Translations under genes and position numbers: made by a program
Assembly (NCBI GenBank): GCA_965112155.1
Contig: OZ218104.1
Length of the DNA: 64,000 bases
DNA from: Podarcis liolepis
Lineage: Eukaryota
Strand: one strand, 5' to 3'
Part shown: one piece after another, positions 1 through 12,979 of the stretch
Layout: every line of letters begins with the position of its first letter
How positions within the stretch are numbered: position 1 is the first letter of the stretch
The notes under the pieces: model-generated
The model's input: the letters and a program-made list of their open reading frames with translations, nothing else
What the model was told of the DNA's origin: nothing
Database searches by the model: none

Positions 1-23
1 CCCACAGCGCCACCCGCATCCCT
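1..23 (-). mobile_element. 5' tip of another Sauria SINE cut by the window edge
   Basis: CCCACAGCGCCACCCGCATCCCT is the reverse complement of the 26433 copy's head. Confidence 0.6.
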
Positions 24-1569
24 GGTCACCAACTTAGATGGGTGTAAAAGAGGATTGGACAAATGCTGTTCTATGATGGGCTTTTGGGCCTGATGCAGCT
101 GGACTCTTCCTAAATTGTTAGGTTATGTTCCAAGCCCACCAGCATGGCATACTTGCGAGTAGCAAATAACTCCTAAGCAAGTCCTTCCATTGCTCACAGG
201 CCCCGAGAGATGATTTGTACAGCTCAGAGCAGAGTCATATTGCAGCTACATCCTACACAATGATTCAGGTATAACAAGCATTTTAAAGCAAAGGGGGAAA
301 GGATGTAATGCATTTAAATTCATTAACTTTTTAATATAAAAATCAACAACTCTACAAAATTAATCTATAGCTTTATACCGAATTGATAGTGTGTGTATCT
401 CTCGCATTTAAATGCTTTCAGTTTTTGTCTCCATATCCATGTGTAAAAAAGGATATACTTAAAATGCATTAAATATATGGGCTTCCCATAGATATCTGGT
501 TGGCCAATGCGAGAACAGGATGCTGGGACTAGATGGGCCTTTGGCCTGATCTAGCAGGGCTACACCTACATTTTTATTAGGAAATGTGTATTATTCAACT
601 CTTTACTCACATACTTCAACAACTCACTGTATGTCATTCCTGCAAAGCAGCTCTCCTTTGCGACCGCAAAGCATAGATAGCATACAAGAATTAGGGACTG
701 GAAAAGTATGGCTGATAGCCTTCCAAATGCTGCTGGACTTCAACTTACATGAGGGCTTCATTGAAACTCGGGAGGGCCAAAGAATTCCCCAGCCCTTTGG
801 TAAATGATACATGAAACCCATTCATTATGAGAACAGGAGAGACAAAACAGCATTCCTTCAGTGTGGTCCCCTTGCCTTAATATCTCAAAAGCTCCAGCCC
901 TTCCTCTTCCTGCTGAGTAACATGAATAACAAAAGCAGAATAAGGCCTTGTTTGCTCACTGATATACTGCACTGTGTATTTTACAACTTCCCCCTTTCTT
1001 TCCTGATTGCTTTACAAATATATTAAGGTTGTTTTAAAGCTGTTACTTACCTCTTTGTTTATATGCACATGGTGGGCAAGCATGCTAGCCCTTGAAATTC
1101 TCTCTCAGATTCAAGAGCAGCTGATACTATTAAATCAGCACCCCAATGTGGAACTGGCACCATTATAGGTATATACTTATTGTACATTTGTAAGAAGATG
1201 ATCTTTTGGTGTGGCAGCACTATAGACATCAGGCAGGCCCCTACACATTACTGTTTTTGGCCTCTGCTAAAAACATTTTTGTTTAGGCAAGCCTACCTAG
1301 ACACATAGAATGTTGACATGTTTTAATCTGGTTTTTAGTTTATTGTTTAATCATTTCTGAATGTTTTAAATAGGTTTCTTTTCTTACCAATAATTTTATC
1401 GTTTTATTATTTTTGTAAACCTCTGTGAGGTTTTATTACAATCAATTTCATGATCATGGTATTATCATCAGCCACTTTGAACTCAACATTTGCTGTTGGA
1501 AAAGCAGCACAAGAATATCAAATAAACCCACAAGAGATGCTTAAGAAGGACTGGGCAGGAGGCAAATCA

Positions 1570-1900
1570 CACCGGCAAAACAAAGGAAAAAAATATTTTT
1601 ATGCCAACACCTAAGAAACTGTCTGCTTTATTGGGATATCTGAAACACACAGTAAACAAGAAAGATCTGGAACCTGCAACAGATGAGATCACTGCAGACA
1701 GACTAGTCACAGCAAGAAACTGGCTATCAGATAAACCGGTTAACATTTTGCAATGGTATAAAAAAAGTGATATATGATATAGCATTGTCACAACATTTAT
1801 GCATTATAAAAGAGATCTTGAAAGATGTGCCCCAAACAAATTTATTGAAGAATGGAGTTTGTTAATTATGAGGAATATAAAATTCCAATACAATGTTCAA
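1570..1900 (+). mobile_element. Old L1-like ORF2 C-terminal remnant
   Basis: + frame reads PKKLSALLG...ITADRLVTARNWLSDKPVNILQW, resembling the L1 tail at 12118-12400. Confidence 0.45.
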
Positions 1901-2119
1901 CCTCCTACATTATTTTCACTCGTATAATTTGACATTCTGCTTAAAATATCACAGTAACCAAGGACACACACACAAATCTGTATGATGTTCCTTAGACCAT
2001 AATTGACTTTTTGTATATGGATGAAAGATTATGAAATTTTGGGTTGTATTCCTCTAACAGAAGACAGAGTCACCCATAGGAAAGTACAGATACCCTTGGG
2101 GAGTTGAAAAACAGGACAT

Positions 2120-2830
2120 AACGACACAAGGAGAGCCCTGCTAGATCAGGCCCGTCAAATCCAACACTCTCTTATCATAGGGGCCAACAAAATGGCTATG
2201 GGGCACCTGCAAGCACGATGCAAGTGAAACAGAACTCTTCCCCACCTGTGATTCCCAGCAACTGGTAGCCAGCAGCACACTGCCTCTGACAGTGGAGGGA
2301 GAACATAGCCATTGTGGCTAGAAGCCATTGATAGGCTTGCACTCCATGAATTTCTCTAATAAATACCTGTTGTTACTATTTTAACTTTTTGTACATTTTA
2401 AACTTCTGTTGCAATTTTTTCTTTATAATTTTATTGTTTTATTGTCTTTTGTAAACAGCTCTTGAGGTTTTTCTTCTACAACCAATTAGTGTATAAATGT
2501 TATGAAATAAAATAAATAAATAACCCTCTTTTAAAGCCATGAGTTGGTGGCACTCACTACCTCTTGCAGGAATGAATCCCATAGTTTGTAACTATGCGCT
2601 GAGTGAAGGAGGAACTGCTTTTGTCTGTCCTGAATCTTCCTTGGTTTTCCCTGAGTTCTAGTATTATGAGGGACAGAGAAATACTTACCCACTTTCTGAG
2701 CACCATACATCATTTTTATACACCTCTATTGTATCTCCTCTTAGTCACTTTTTTGGCTGAACTAAAAGGCCCCCAGTTGTAATCTTTCTTCACAGGGGAG
2801 CTGCTCTACCCCCGTGATCATTTTGTACCT
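2120..2830 (-). mobile_element. Degraded CR1-type 3' fragment, interrupted by an AT-rich insert
   Basis: HNTRTQGKP...LWDS..QEVVSAT remnant. Similar to 5500-5890. Confidence 0.6.
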
Positions 2831-4284
2831 GTTCCCAACACCTGGCCTGCACAGGTGTGCCACCTCTGATCTCTGAACTGTAGAGCTCCCACTTTTAGCT
2901 GCACAGTTTAAAAGCTCCTGGCAAGAACAATTAACACCATACCTGCCTGACGTATTATATTGGACCGTTGTTTCTTCAGCTTGTAAAACGGCCTTGTGTA
3001 TAGTAATATAGCAAGGCAGCATACAAATTAAAAGGGAAATGAAATGTCCAATCCATTTAGCTTCAGCCTTTTCAGACCCAAGATACAATTTTAAGTTTTA
3101 ACCCAAACATGCCTAGGGGACCCTTTTCTTAATCTTTTATCATATATTTGCATGGTGGTAGTGCTCCTGCTGTGAGCCACCTTGGATCAGGCCAAATCCC
3201 CCAAGCTGAAGTACAGTGGTCTAATCCATTTACACAGTTATGACTGTCATGTGCAAATAAATTCATTATGCACTATATAAAGACACCTACCTTTTTGTCT
3301 GTCCTGAACATCAACATAGCTCTCCAAACCAAATCTGACACTTGCTCCCAAAATAAAGGGAAGAAAGAATCACCTGGCACTTTAAATATTGGAAATATTT
3401 CTCCTGGAAGGAGATTTTTCAGCTTCAAGTAGGAGGCCTCTCAAAGGTCCCCACAGCCGTCAACAGTTAAAAGTGCTTCTTCCTATCCTATCAGGTCCCA
3501 GGATACTGCAATCCCTTGGGTTTCGCACTTGTAAATGATTTGGCCCAAGAACAAAAAAAGCAGTGGTGGTAGGAGGCTCCTCCGGGCCTTTCTCCAAAGT
3601 ACACGTCCTTCCAGATTTATAACCAGGACTTGACAGAGTGAATTGCATTATCGTTTTGATCTAACCTGGGCTTTTTCTAAATTTGCGCAGAGAGTGCCAG
3701 CTGTTTTGTGATCAGAGAGGAACCTCAGAACACGCTGTCTCTTGGAAAATGCCGCCTTGAAAAATGAAGCCGGTTGTCCCAGACGTGGCCAGGAGGATAC
3801 TGGCCAAGGCTGGCTTGGGAAAAAAGAAAGGAAGAAAATGCAAAGGGAACACTCAGGACCACAGGCATAGTAAAAGTACTGGCACAAGTCCCATTTGCAA
3901 GGTATTCATATTCCTAGCATTAATTTAAAGCCAAGATGGAGAACCTCCAGGTATCACTGGACTGGGACTCCCATCATTCCTGACATGCTGGCAGGGGCTG
4001 ATCTGAAGGGCCACAGGTTCCCCCGCCCCTGCTCCAACCTAACCCCAATCTCATGGATCCATTTTAACACAGAGGTGAAGTTGGACCCCTAGCTATTCTC
4101 TACAGTGAGCACCTGCTCCATCCCACTCCATAGCAAATGATGAATTCCCTTTGGCACCAGCTTAAAACCTTTCATTTGCCCAGGCATCTTAAGTTATTGT
4201 ATTTTCAGCTGGTAAAGTATTTTCATTCCTCTCAGATTTTTCATACTGCTGTTTAACACTTTCTGTTGTTTTAATTTTGAACTG

Positions 4285-4420
4285 GAGATGGCTCAGTTGG
4301 TTAAAGTGTGGTGTTGATAACATCAAGGTTGCAGGTTCGATCCCCATAAGGGACAGCTGCATATTCCTTTGAGGGAAGTTGATGATCCTCGGGGTCCCAT
4401 CCAACTGTATAATTCTGTGG
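4285..4420 (+). mobile_element. Short tRNA-derived SINE with CR1-like tail (Squam2-like); partial copy at ~30065-30170
   Basis: GCTCAGTTGGTTAAAG...GGTTCGATCCC A/B boxes followed by GATGATCCTC.GGGTC.C.TCCAACT. Confidence 0.65.
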
Positions 4421-5499
4421 CTTCAGATTCTTATGTATATTGCCCTGAAATCCATTTTTGGATGAAGGTCCAGTTTATACATTTTTAATATGCACCTGCT
4501 CATCCAGCGGCAAAGGAAGCTGCTTGGGCACCTGGGGCGGTGCGCCCAGGGGCGGGACGCACTGCGGGACCTCCAGAGTCTGCCTGCCTCCTCCCACTCA
4601 GCTGCCCTACAGCTGGGGAGAGGCAACGGGTGGTCCATTTGGGGCAGCGCTGAGCCTGCGGGCGTCCAAGCCACCATGTCTCTCTCAGGAGAGATGCGTG
4701 GCTCAAGCGCGCTGTAGGCTCCACGGTGAGTGCCACCCGACATTTTGTCACCTCCCCTCAGTGGTGACACCTGGGGCGGTCGGCACCAACCACACCCCTC
4801 TTCCTCTGCTCATCCTATTTTAAAGGTTTGGCTCCGGTGGCCTGAAGATTATAATCTTATGAAAAATTTCAATGATGCAGGGTCTACTTTTTAAAAGGGA
4901 GAAGAAGGAAGAGTCATGCAAGACTCATATGAAGGAACTAGATATAGCCACTGTAGTGGGGGTGTTCTGTGCTTTGTCTCGAGCATCAACAGGCGTTGGA
5001 AGCAAGAGATCATTAAGAGAACCCAGAGGAGTAGATTAATGTTTGTGCTGATAGACTGCATCCATGTGAGCAAATACAATTGTACACAGTTGCCCCTATT
5101 CATGCAGTGTGAAACGATCCTGCCTATGTACACAGATCATGCTGCATCTAGACAGACCCAGTGAACAGTTTGAAAGAAAGGGCCTGATGCTGTGCTGTTG
5201 TATAAAGTGGGCAGGTGTGGACCTCTGAGCAGACTTTCCCTTGGAAGTTCATTTTGTTGTTTCTGAGTTTTCCAGAAGCACCTGATTGGCCACTGTGGAG
5301 AACAAGATGACAGACTAAACAGGACTTTGGTCATATCCAGCAATGAACTTCTTAAACCCCTATATCCTGCTGTAAAAACTTATATATGTTTTAAAATCTA
5401 TTCTCAATGCAGGTACCATCCCACCCCCTCCAGCTTTTTACACCTTGGCAAAAGAGCCCCCATTTTCCAGAAATCTCTAACTTCATACTGTTTCATTTA

Positions 5500-5890
5500 A
5501 GAATACAAGAAGAGCCATTCTGGATCAGGCTAAAGGACCACCATCCTGTTCTCAAAGTGGCCAACCAGGTTCCCCAATGGAAACCCCCCCCCCAGGACCT
5601 GAGTGCAACAGCAGGTCTCCCCGCTTGGGATTACCAGCAACTGGCATTCAAAAGCAGATTGCTTCTGAGAGTGCAAGAAATACATATCCATCGTGACTAG
5701 CAGCCATTGATAGCCTTATCCTCCAGAAATCTGTGTAATCCTCTTTTAAAGCCATCCAAGTTGGCAGCCATCACTGCCTCTTCTGGGAGCAAATTCCACA
5801 GTTTAATTATGTGCTGCATGACAAAGTACTTTTTGTCTATCCTGAATCTTCCAACCTTCAACTTGATCAGATGGCCCCAGGTTCTTGCAT
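5500..5890 (-). mobile_element. CR1-type LINE 3' end fragment
   Basis: Minus ORF GHLIKLKVGRFRIDKKYF...KLWNLLPEEAV...FKRGLHRF, a typical CR1 ORF2 C-terminus plus 3' UTR. Confidence 0.8.
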
Positions 5891-6549
5891 TAAGCAAGGG
5901 GGGGGCTTGTCTCTGTCCATTTTCACTCATCCCAGCTCACCTCAGCACTGTGCAGCAAAGCATCCTCTGCTCCATGAGACCATAGCCTGCTGCAAAAGGA
6001 CTTTTGCCTGGCTTTCTCTCTCCTCCAGGAAATATATTGCAAACAACTTTTCTCTTCCCTTTGCAGGAATATCTTAGCTTCAGAACCATCCCGAAGCTTT
6101 TAATTGACTATTGTATAGAAACAGCACCTTGCTTGCCAAAGCTTTGCCAAAATTCAAAGAAAGTTTCTTCTTGCTTTGTTGTTTTTAGAACAGCTTTTCC
6201 TAGGATCTTTCTACGTACCAGCTGTCACAACTGGGATCCCTCCCCACACTCATTTTCCAAAAACCCTACTGCCTAGCCAAGGCAAACACCAGCCATAGCA
6301 GATAAAAGATCTTGCAAGGATCAAAGGCAATTTGCACCTATTAAGAGTAATCAGGAGTGAAAGGTGAATAAGAGAACAAAGCTACAGTCAGCCAGTGGAA
6401 ACCATTTTAATCCAAGAGAGACTTCACAGAAAGGAGACATTTATTCCAGAATTGGTTGAACCTGAAATTCTACTGAATCAACGCTGAGGATACAGGCTAA
6501 TCACAATAAACAAAGGCTCCATGTTCAGAGGCAGCTTATCTGAAAAGTA

Positions 6550-6877
6550 AGGTAAAGAGACCCCTGACCGTTAGGTCCAGTCACAGATGACTCTGGGGTT
6601 GCGGCGCTCATCTCACTTTACTGGCTGAGGGAGCCGGAATATGTGGCCAGCATGACTAAGCCATTTCTGGCGAACCAGAGCAGCGCATGGAAACACCGTT
6701 TACCTTCCTGCCGGAGTGGTACCTATTTATCTACTTGCACTTTGACATGCTTTTGAACTGCTAGGTTGGCAGGAGCTGGGACCGAACAACGGGAGCTCAC
6801 CCTGTCACGGGGATTCGAATCGCCAACCTTCCGATCGGCAAGTCCTAGGCTCTGTGGTTTAACCTACAGTGCCACAG
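6550..6877 (-). mobile_element. Sauria SINE
   Basis: Reverse complement of the 26433-26781 copy, with a GGTTCGA-type B box and (ACCTTT)-like tail. Confidence 0.85.
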
Positions 6878-8519
6878 TAAACAAAGCCTTCATGTTCAGA
6901 GGCAGCCTATCTCAAAAGTACTGAATGCTGAATCCAGGGAATCCAGGGAAATAAGGTGCCTTAATGCTCCCCTAATGAGCTCTCCAGAGGCCTGACAGGC
7001 TTAACATAATAAGAGCTCTGCAGTTGGATCAGGCCAGTGGCCCATCTAGTCCACATCCTGTTCTCACAGTGGCCAGCCAGAAGCCTAAGGAGGCCCACAA
7101 GCAAGAATGGCAATAATTCAACACCTGAAGCCAACGGTTTAACCAGCCCTCACAGACTATTTCTATGCCTGGAGAAGACTCACAATTATACATACCGAGA
7201 GAATAAGCATTTAGGGAGGGTTAGGAATAACTGGACTGTCTAGGATGCAACTGCAATTCAAAGTTCTCACAGGTCAGATAGGCTGCTCCTGTGTGCAGGA
7301 GCTAGTGTGCAGAAAACTTGCTGGCAGAGGCTGTCTAATGTCACGTGCCTCCAATTCAACGCCCCCCATCCCCACCAATTGCCCCATGATGTCAGACCCT
7401 TTACTTTGCAAGGACGAAGGCACAGGCTATCTACACACCATACATTGCTTCCCCCAAGAATCCTGGGAACTGTAGTTTATCCCTCCCAGCACCCTTAAAC
7501 TACAGTGCCTATGATTCTTTGGGTGGGTGGAGACGTGCTTTACATGTATAGTGTACACACAACTGGCTAGTGAGAAGATGCAGTCATGCTATGATGCCTG
7601 TCCTACCGGCCATACTAAGCCTGTCAGCAGGTGGATAGGATACCTGGCTTGTCAGCTGCCATCTTGAAAATCATACCAAGTGGAGAGGAAAACAGTATTT
7701 TAATAGCTGTCAGTGGATTTTACACATCTGTGCTGCCAGGAAGCACCATATCCCACCCTCAATTAGTTATGCCCCAAAATGCCCCCCCAGGAGGGGGGTT
7801 CAGAGAAATCTTTTTAAAAGGAAAAAGTCAGGGCTGATTCTGACTCAAGATTTCAATCAAACATATTTAAAGAGGTAACCAAAGAAACATATTTGCTCTA
7901 CCTGTATAGATCAAGAAAGCCAATGTGGTGTGTCAAATCTCCACTCGGCCGTGAAGCTCATTGGGGGATCTTGGGTCAGACACCAGCTCTCGGCCTAACC
8001 AACCTCACGGGGCTGCAATGATATGGAGGGAGTGGGGAAGCCATCTATAATACTTTGAGCTCACTGGAGGAAAGGTGAAATATAAACGCAATCCACTATA
8101 TAATTTGGAAAGTGGTTTGTCTGTCCCTTTGGTCTCTATCGGTTTGGATGCCTCTGGAGATATCACCACCAAACTTGGTCGCAAGGGTTCCCAAGGTGGG
8201 GGAGGGGTCTTCGTTGACGTTTGGAAGCCAGGTGCCATTTTGAATCAAGACTTCACTCCATTTTTGGTGTGATGGCTCCAAATTCACAAATGACACTACC
8301 CATTCCAAAAAACAAAACAAAACACACACACACAATATTTTTCGGGTTCTAAAAACTCTTGGGCAGCGCCATTTATTCCCTGCTGTTAAAAAATAGTAAA
8401 AATAAATAAACTGCACTTACAGGGAATCTGAGGCACTCTTTACATGCTTAGAAGCGCTCTCTTGCCCAGCCAGCTAGCCAATGCAATTTGAAGGGCTGGC
8501 TCAATGGATCAAACAAATA

Positions 8520-8744
8520 CAGTGGTACCTCGGGTTACATATGCTTCAGGTTACAGACTCTGCTAACCCAGAAATAGTGCTTCAGGTTAAGAACTTTGCT
8601 TCAGGATGAGAACAGAAATTGTGCTCCGGCAGTACGGCAGCAGCGGGAGGCCCATTAGCTAAAGTGGTGCTCCAGGTTAAGAACAGTTTCAGGTGAAGAA
8701 CGGACCCCTGGAACGAATTAAGTACTTAACCCGAGGTACCACTG
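8520..8744. mobile_element. Tc1/mariner (Tigger-like) MITE
   Basis: TIR CAGTGGTACCTCGGGTTA...TAACCCGAGGTACCACTG, TA TSD. Second copy at 33877-34118. Confidence 0.88.
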
Positions 8745-9059
8745 TAAAAAAACACTGTGATGGAATAAGATGCCTCAGACCACTGGTCCAGCTAGCTCTG
8801 TACCGGCTGCACAGGTGAGTGGCAGGCGCTCTACAGAATTTCACACAAGAGCCTAAGAAGAGGCTGCTGGGTCAGGCCAAAGGCAAATCCAGCCCAGCAT
8901 CCTCTTCTCCCAGGATGTATCTGGGAAGCCCAACACTGGAGAAAGAGAAACATACACCAGAGGGCTGACAGCCATCTCCAGAAACTAAGCAGAAGGGAAT
9001 CCATGCAACCCGTCACCAATAATGGATCTCGAACGGTAGGCAGGGGGGCTAGGCTTTTC

Positions 9060-9540
9060 CAGAAGCGCGCCCCTCCTCTCTGTGGAGCCCCCAGGCCCTG
9101 TTTAAATCGCAGAGGGAACCACGACGCCCCTCACCTCTCTACTCCACGGAATGCAAGCAAAGGCACTCTGCATATGCCCTGTAGTGGTCTGTGCAGCGCC
9201 CGATTTGCAAAGGGAATTCTCCCAGCGCGAATCCCTGTATCAGTTTGCGCCCCACCCCCCAGAAAGTCGGTTGCGCCCACCTGCGCCTTACCTCCTGCTA
9301 CAGCGCCCTCCGCGCGTCCGGCTGCGCGTCTTCTGCCTCCTCTTGCGAACTGAGCGAGCGGAAGGGCGCAGACTCGGAGCCGCGGCCGGGGAAGGAGGCG
9401 GCACAGTGGCTGCCACGTGAGAAGGTTCAGAGGAGGGGCCGGGGAAGCCTGAGCGGGAGGCGGGCGGGCAGCTCGGCAAAGGTTGCAGCCGCGCTGCCGG
9501 GGGAGGTGAGCGGACTGCTGCAGTCCCTCTCGCGTTAATA
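9060..9540. promoter_or_regulatory. CpG island with outward-facing splice donors; promoter of an unidentified transcript
   Basis: High CpG/GC content and GC boxes. Minus donor GAG|GTAAGG at 9292/9291, plus donor GAG|GTGAGC at 9505/9506. Confidence 0.7.
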
Positions 9541-9829
9541 AGGTCTTAGCCACAACCATTCACTTTCAAAGCACATGGTCCCCCGGAAAAAAGAACCATG
9601 GGAACTGTAGTTTGCCTCTCGCTGCGCTGCAGTTCGCAGCACTCTTAACAAACTATAGTTCCCAGTATTCTTTGGGGGGGACGGGACAACGTGCTTTCAA
9701 TGGGCATTAAATGCGTGGCGTGGGTGTAGCCTTAGACCTCTGGGGGTCAGAGAGGCTTGTTGTGGGGTCAATCTGCAGTGGTCTGAGCTGCGATTCACAA
9801 GCACACATCCTTGAGTCCAGTTGTCCCCG

Positions 9830-10240
9830 CCTGAACATAAAACGGGTCTGCTGGTTCAGGCCACCTAGCCCAGCATCTCATTCTGGCAGTGGCCGACCAG
9901 ATGCCTGTGGGAAACCCTCAAGCAGAAGCCCAACAGCTGGTATTCAGAAGCATTACTGCCCCTGACATTGGAGGTGGAGCATACCCATTATGGCTAGTAG
10001 CCATTGATAGCCTTGTCCATGTACTTGTCCAATCCTCTTTTAAAGCCATCAAAGTCGGTGGCCGTCACTGCCTCTTGTGGAAGCGAGTTCCATAGCTTAG
10101 CTGCATGAAGAAGTCTTTTATCCATCCTGAATCTGCCAACACTCAGCTTCAATGGATGTCCGCGGCTTCTAGTGTTGTGAGAGTAGGAATAAAACTTTCC
10201 TCTATCCACCTTCTCCATGCCATGCATAGTTGCATAAACC
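9830..10240 (-). mobile_element. CR1-type LINE 3' end fragment
   Basis: Minus ORF TRSRGHPLKLSVGRFRMDKR...LWNSLPQEAV...FKRGLDKYM. Confidence 0.8.
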
Positions 10241-11526
10241 TGCCTGTCTTCTTTCTTACAACATCCTGAGGGTAGCCCTGTCTGTCAGCTTCCTCCTCCT
10301 CCTCCTCATGTTGCCTCCTCCCTGTCTTCCACCCTACCAGTTCCAATGAGCCACCATGGACACTCTCCAACAGGGATTTACTTTTGGAGACACCTGCATA
10401 CACTTGCTCCACACTGGCTGCAGCCCTATGCACACTCCTACTTAGGAGTAAGCACCATTGAATTATGTACTTATGAGAAAACTTGCACCAGATTTATTCA
10501 TTCGATTTCTGTTTATCCTGCCTTACTTACTTACTTACTTACACACACACTCACACACTCCACTTTCTCCCTGTTTTATTCTCACAACAACCCTGTGAGG
10601 TATGTTTAGGCTGAGTGACCGTGACTGGCCCAGGGTGACCTGGTGACTAATGGCTGAGCAGGAATTTGAACCCTGGCGTCCCAGGTCCTAGTCCTACACT
10701 TGAACCATTATACCACACTAGCTCTCACAACAAGGCCTGCAAGACAGCTCATGACCATTTTTGTTTTAAGCACTGTACAATAAAATCATAGCAATTGAAT
10801 ACAAATCAGGCTTAGCAATTCTAAAATCCATTTACCTAGGAAATAAATAATTGTAATAAAAAGTACCGTAAAGGTAATAAAGGCAGGATTTCTAGCAAAA
10901 CCCTGTAAGGAAAGACAGAAGAACTGTCCTGTTCCTCAGCATTGTTCCCCTCGCCCCTTTCACAGCTTCCAGTTGCATCAGGAAAAAGAGCTTATTTCTC
11001 AATGCAAATGCGCCCTCTGCTGCAGGTCTTTTGATTTACAAACAAAAGCTGTCATGCTAGAAGCCAGTGATGGAAAGGCAGGTAGGAACATAGGAAGCTG
11101 CCTTTATACAGAGTCCAGACCCATTGGTTCATCAAGCTCAGTATTACCTACACTGACTGGCAGCAACTCCCCAAGTTTCCAGACTGGGGGACCTTTCCCT
11201 GCCCTACCTGGATATGCTGGGGGTGGAACTTGGGACCTTTGGCATGCAACGCAGATGTTCTACCAAGGGGTTGAGGTTTTATGGGAAGCTGCTGCTGGAT
11301 TTCTAGCACTGGATGGGTTTAAATGCACACTTTTTAGGGAACTACCCTGCCTAACCAAACACAGCAGGCTTTTCTTCCAAGTAAGTGTGCATAGGATCAG
11401 GCTGCACCATGCCAGCCACTATGTTTTGTTATGATGTTAGCTTTGATATTCTTCAAGACTGAAGAAGCCTTGGGGCATGCATTGGCCTCTATCAGTGTTT
11501 TTCAACCAGTGTGCCGTGGCACCCTG

Positions 11527-12979
11527 AAGAAGAAGAAGAAGAGTTTGGATTTGATATCCCACTTTATCACTATCTGAAGGAGTCTCAAAATGGCTAACAT
11601 TCTCCTTTCCCTTCCTCCCCCACAACAAACACTCTGAGAGGTGAGTGAGGCTGAGAGACTTCAGAGAAGTGTGACTGGCCCAAGGTCACCCAGCATATGG
11701 AGGAGCGGAGACACGAACCCAGTTCACCAGATTACGAGTCTACCACTCTTTTTTTTTTATAATATTTATTACTTTTCCAACAATTTAAACACAAAAAAGA
11801 CAATACAATACAATACAAAGACACTACATAACACTAACACATTAAACTAACAAAACAAAACAAAAACCGTTTAAAACACATCAAACAATTTCAATATCTT
11901 TCATTCACTTGTTTCAACGACCTCACACCTCCCTTTTTGTATTCCACTTCTGTTAATTGTTTCAGCAATTCCTTTCCATCTTCCTCTGTTTTCTATCCTA
12001 TAATTATCTTGACACATTCTAACCTTATTTTTTTCCTTTAATACTCTATTAATCTATTTATACTTAGTTCCTTATAACATTTCTACTAAAGCCATATAAC
12101 TTCATTCCAACATTTTTCTAACATTCATTAATTTTACAGTATTTCTGTAAATAGTCTTTAAACTTTTTCCATTCTTCTTCCACCGACTCTTCTCCCTGGT
12201 CTCGGATTCTGCCAGTCATTTCCGCCAGTTCCATATAGTCCATCAACTTCATCTGCCATTCTTCCCGGGTGGGTAAATCTTGTGTCTTCCAATACTTCGC
12301 AATAAGTATTCTTGCTGCTGTTGTTGCACACATAAAAAAAGTTCTATCCTTCTTTGGCACCATTTGGCCGACCATGCCCAGGAGAAAGGCCTCTGGTTTC
12401 TTCAGGAAAGTATATTTAAATATCTTTTTCATTTCGTTATAGATCATCTCCCAGAATGTCTTAATCCTTGGGCATGTCCACCAAAGGTGAAAGAATGTAC
12501 CTTCAGTCTCATTACATTTCCAACATTTATTGTCAGGCAAATGGTAAATTTTTGCAAGCTTGACTGGCGTCATGTACCACCTATAAATCATTTTCATTAA
12601 ATTTTCTCTTAAGGCATTACATGCTGTAAATTTCATACCTGTGGTCCATAACTGTTCCCAGTCAGCCATCATTATGTTATGTCCAACATCTTGTGCCCAT
12701 TTAATCATAGCTGATTTCACCATTTCATCCTGAGTGTTCCATTTCAACAGCAAGTTATACATTCTTGACAAATTCTTGATTTTTGGATCTAGCAATTCTG
12801 TTTCCAATTTTGATTTTTCCACCTGGAAACCAATTTTTTTGTCCAAATTGTATGCCTCCATTATTTGGTAATAATGGAGCCAATCTTGCACTTTGTTTTT
12901 CAATTTTTCAAAGCTCTGCAATTTTATTCTGTCTCCATCTTGTTCCAGTACCACTCTTAACCACTACACCACACTGGCT
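11527..12979 (-). mobile_element. tRNA-derived squamate SINE (Squam3/POM-like), split by the L1 into ~11527-11750 and 12959-12979
   Basis: Removing the L1 and one TSD restores AGCCAGTGTGGTGTAGTGGTTAAGAGTGGTAGAC...GGGTTCG (A/B boxes) and a (CTT)n tail. Confidence 0.8.
11751..12948 (-). mobile_element. 5'-truncated L1-clade LINE (ORF2 C-terminus, 3' UTR, poly(A))
   Basis: ORF 12118-12954 has the CCHC motif CWKCNETEGTFFHLWWTC and AARILIAKYWK. Poly(T) on + at ~11749-11758. TSD TACCACTCTT at 11741-11750 and 12949-12958. Confidence 0.9.

Noticed and set aside
4136-4200. ATGATGA box-C-like motif (possible snoRNA)
   Set aside because: No suitably placed box D or terminal stem, and the context resembles a LINE 3' remnant.
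9003-9559. Several 90-140 aa ORFs in the CpG island
   Set aside because: Low-complexity Ala/Arg/Gly/Pro translations expected from GC-rich DNA.
9595-9675. ACTACA..TCCC ZNF143-like motifs here and at many other sites
   Set aside because: They are part of an abundant short palindromic repeat family (also ~7460, ~20070, ~31990, ~36470), so they are not evidence of promoters.
12118-12954. 278-aa ORF as a host gene
   Set aside because: It is the L1 ORF2 C-terminus, and its GTG start lies in the TSD.
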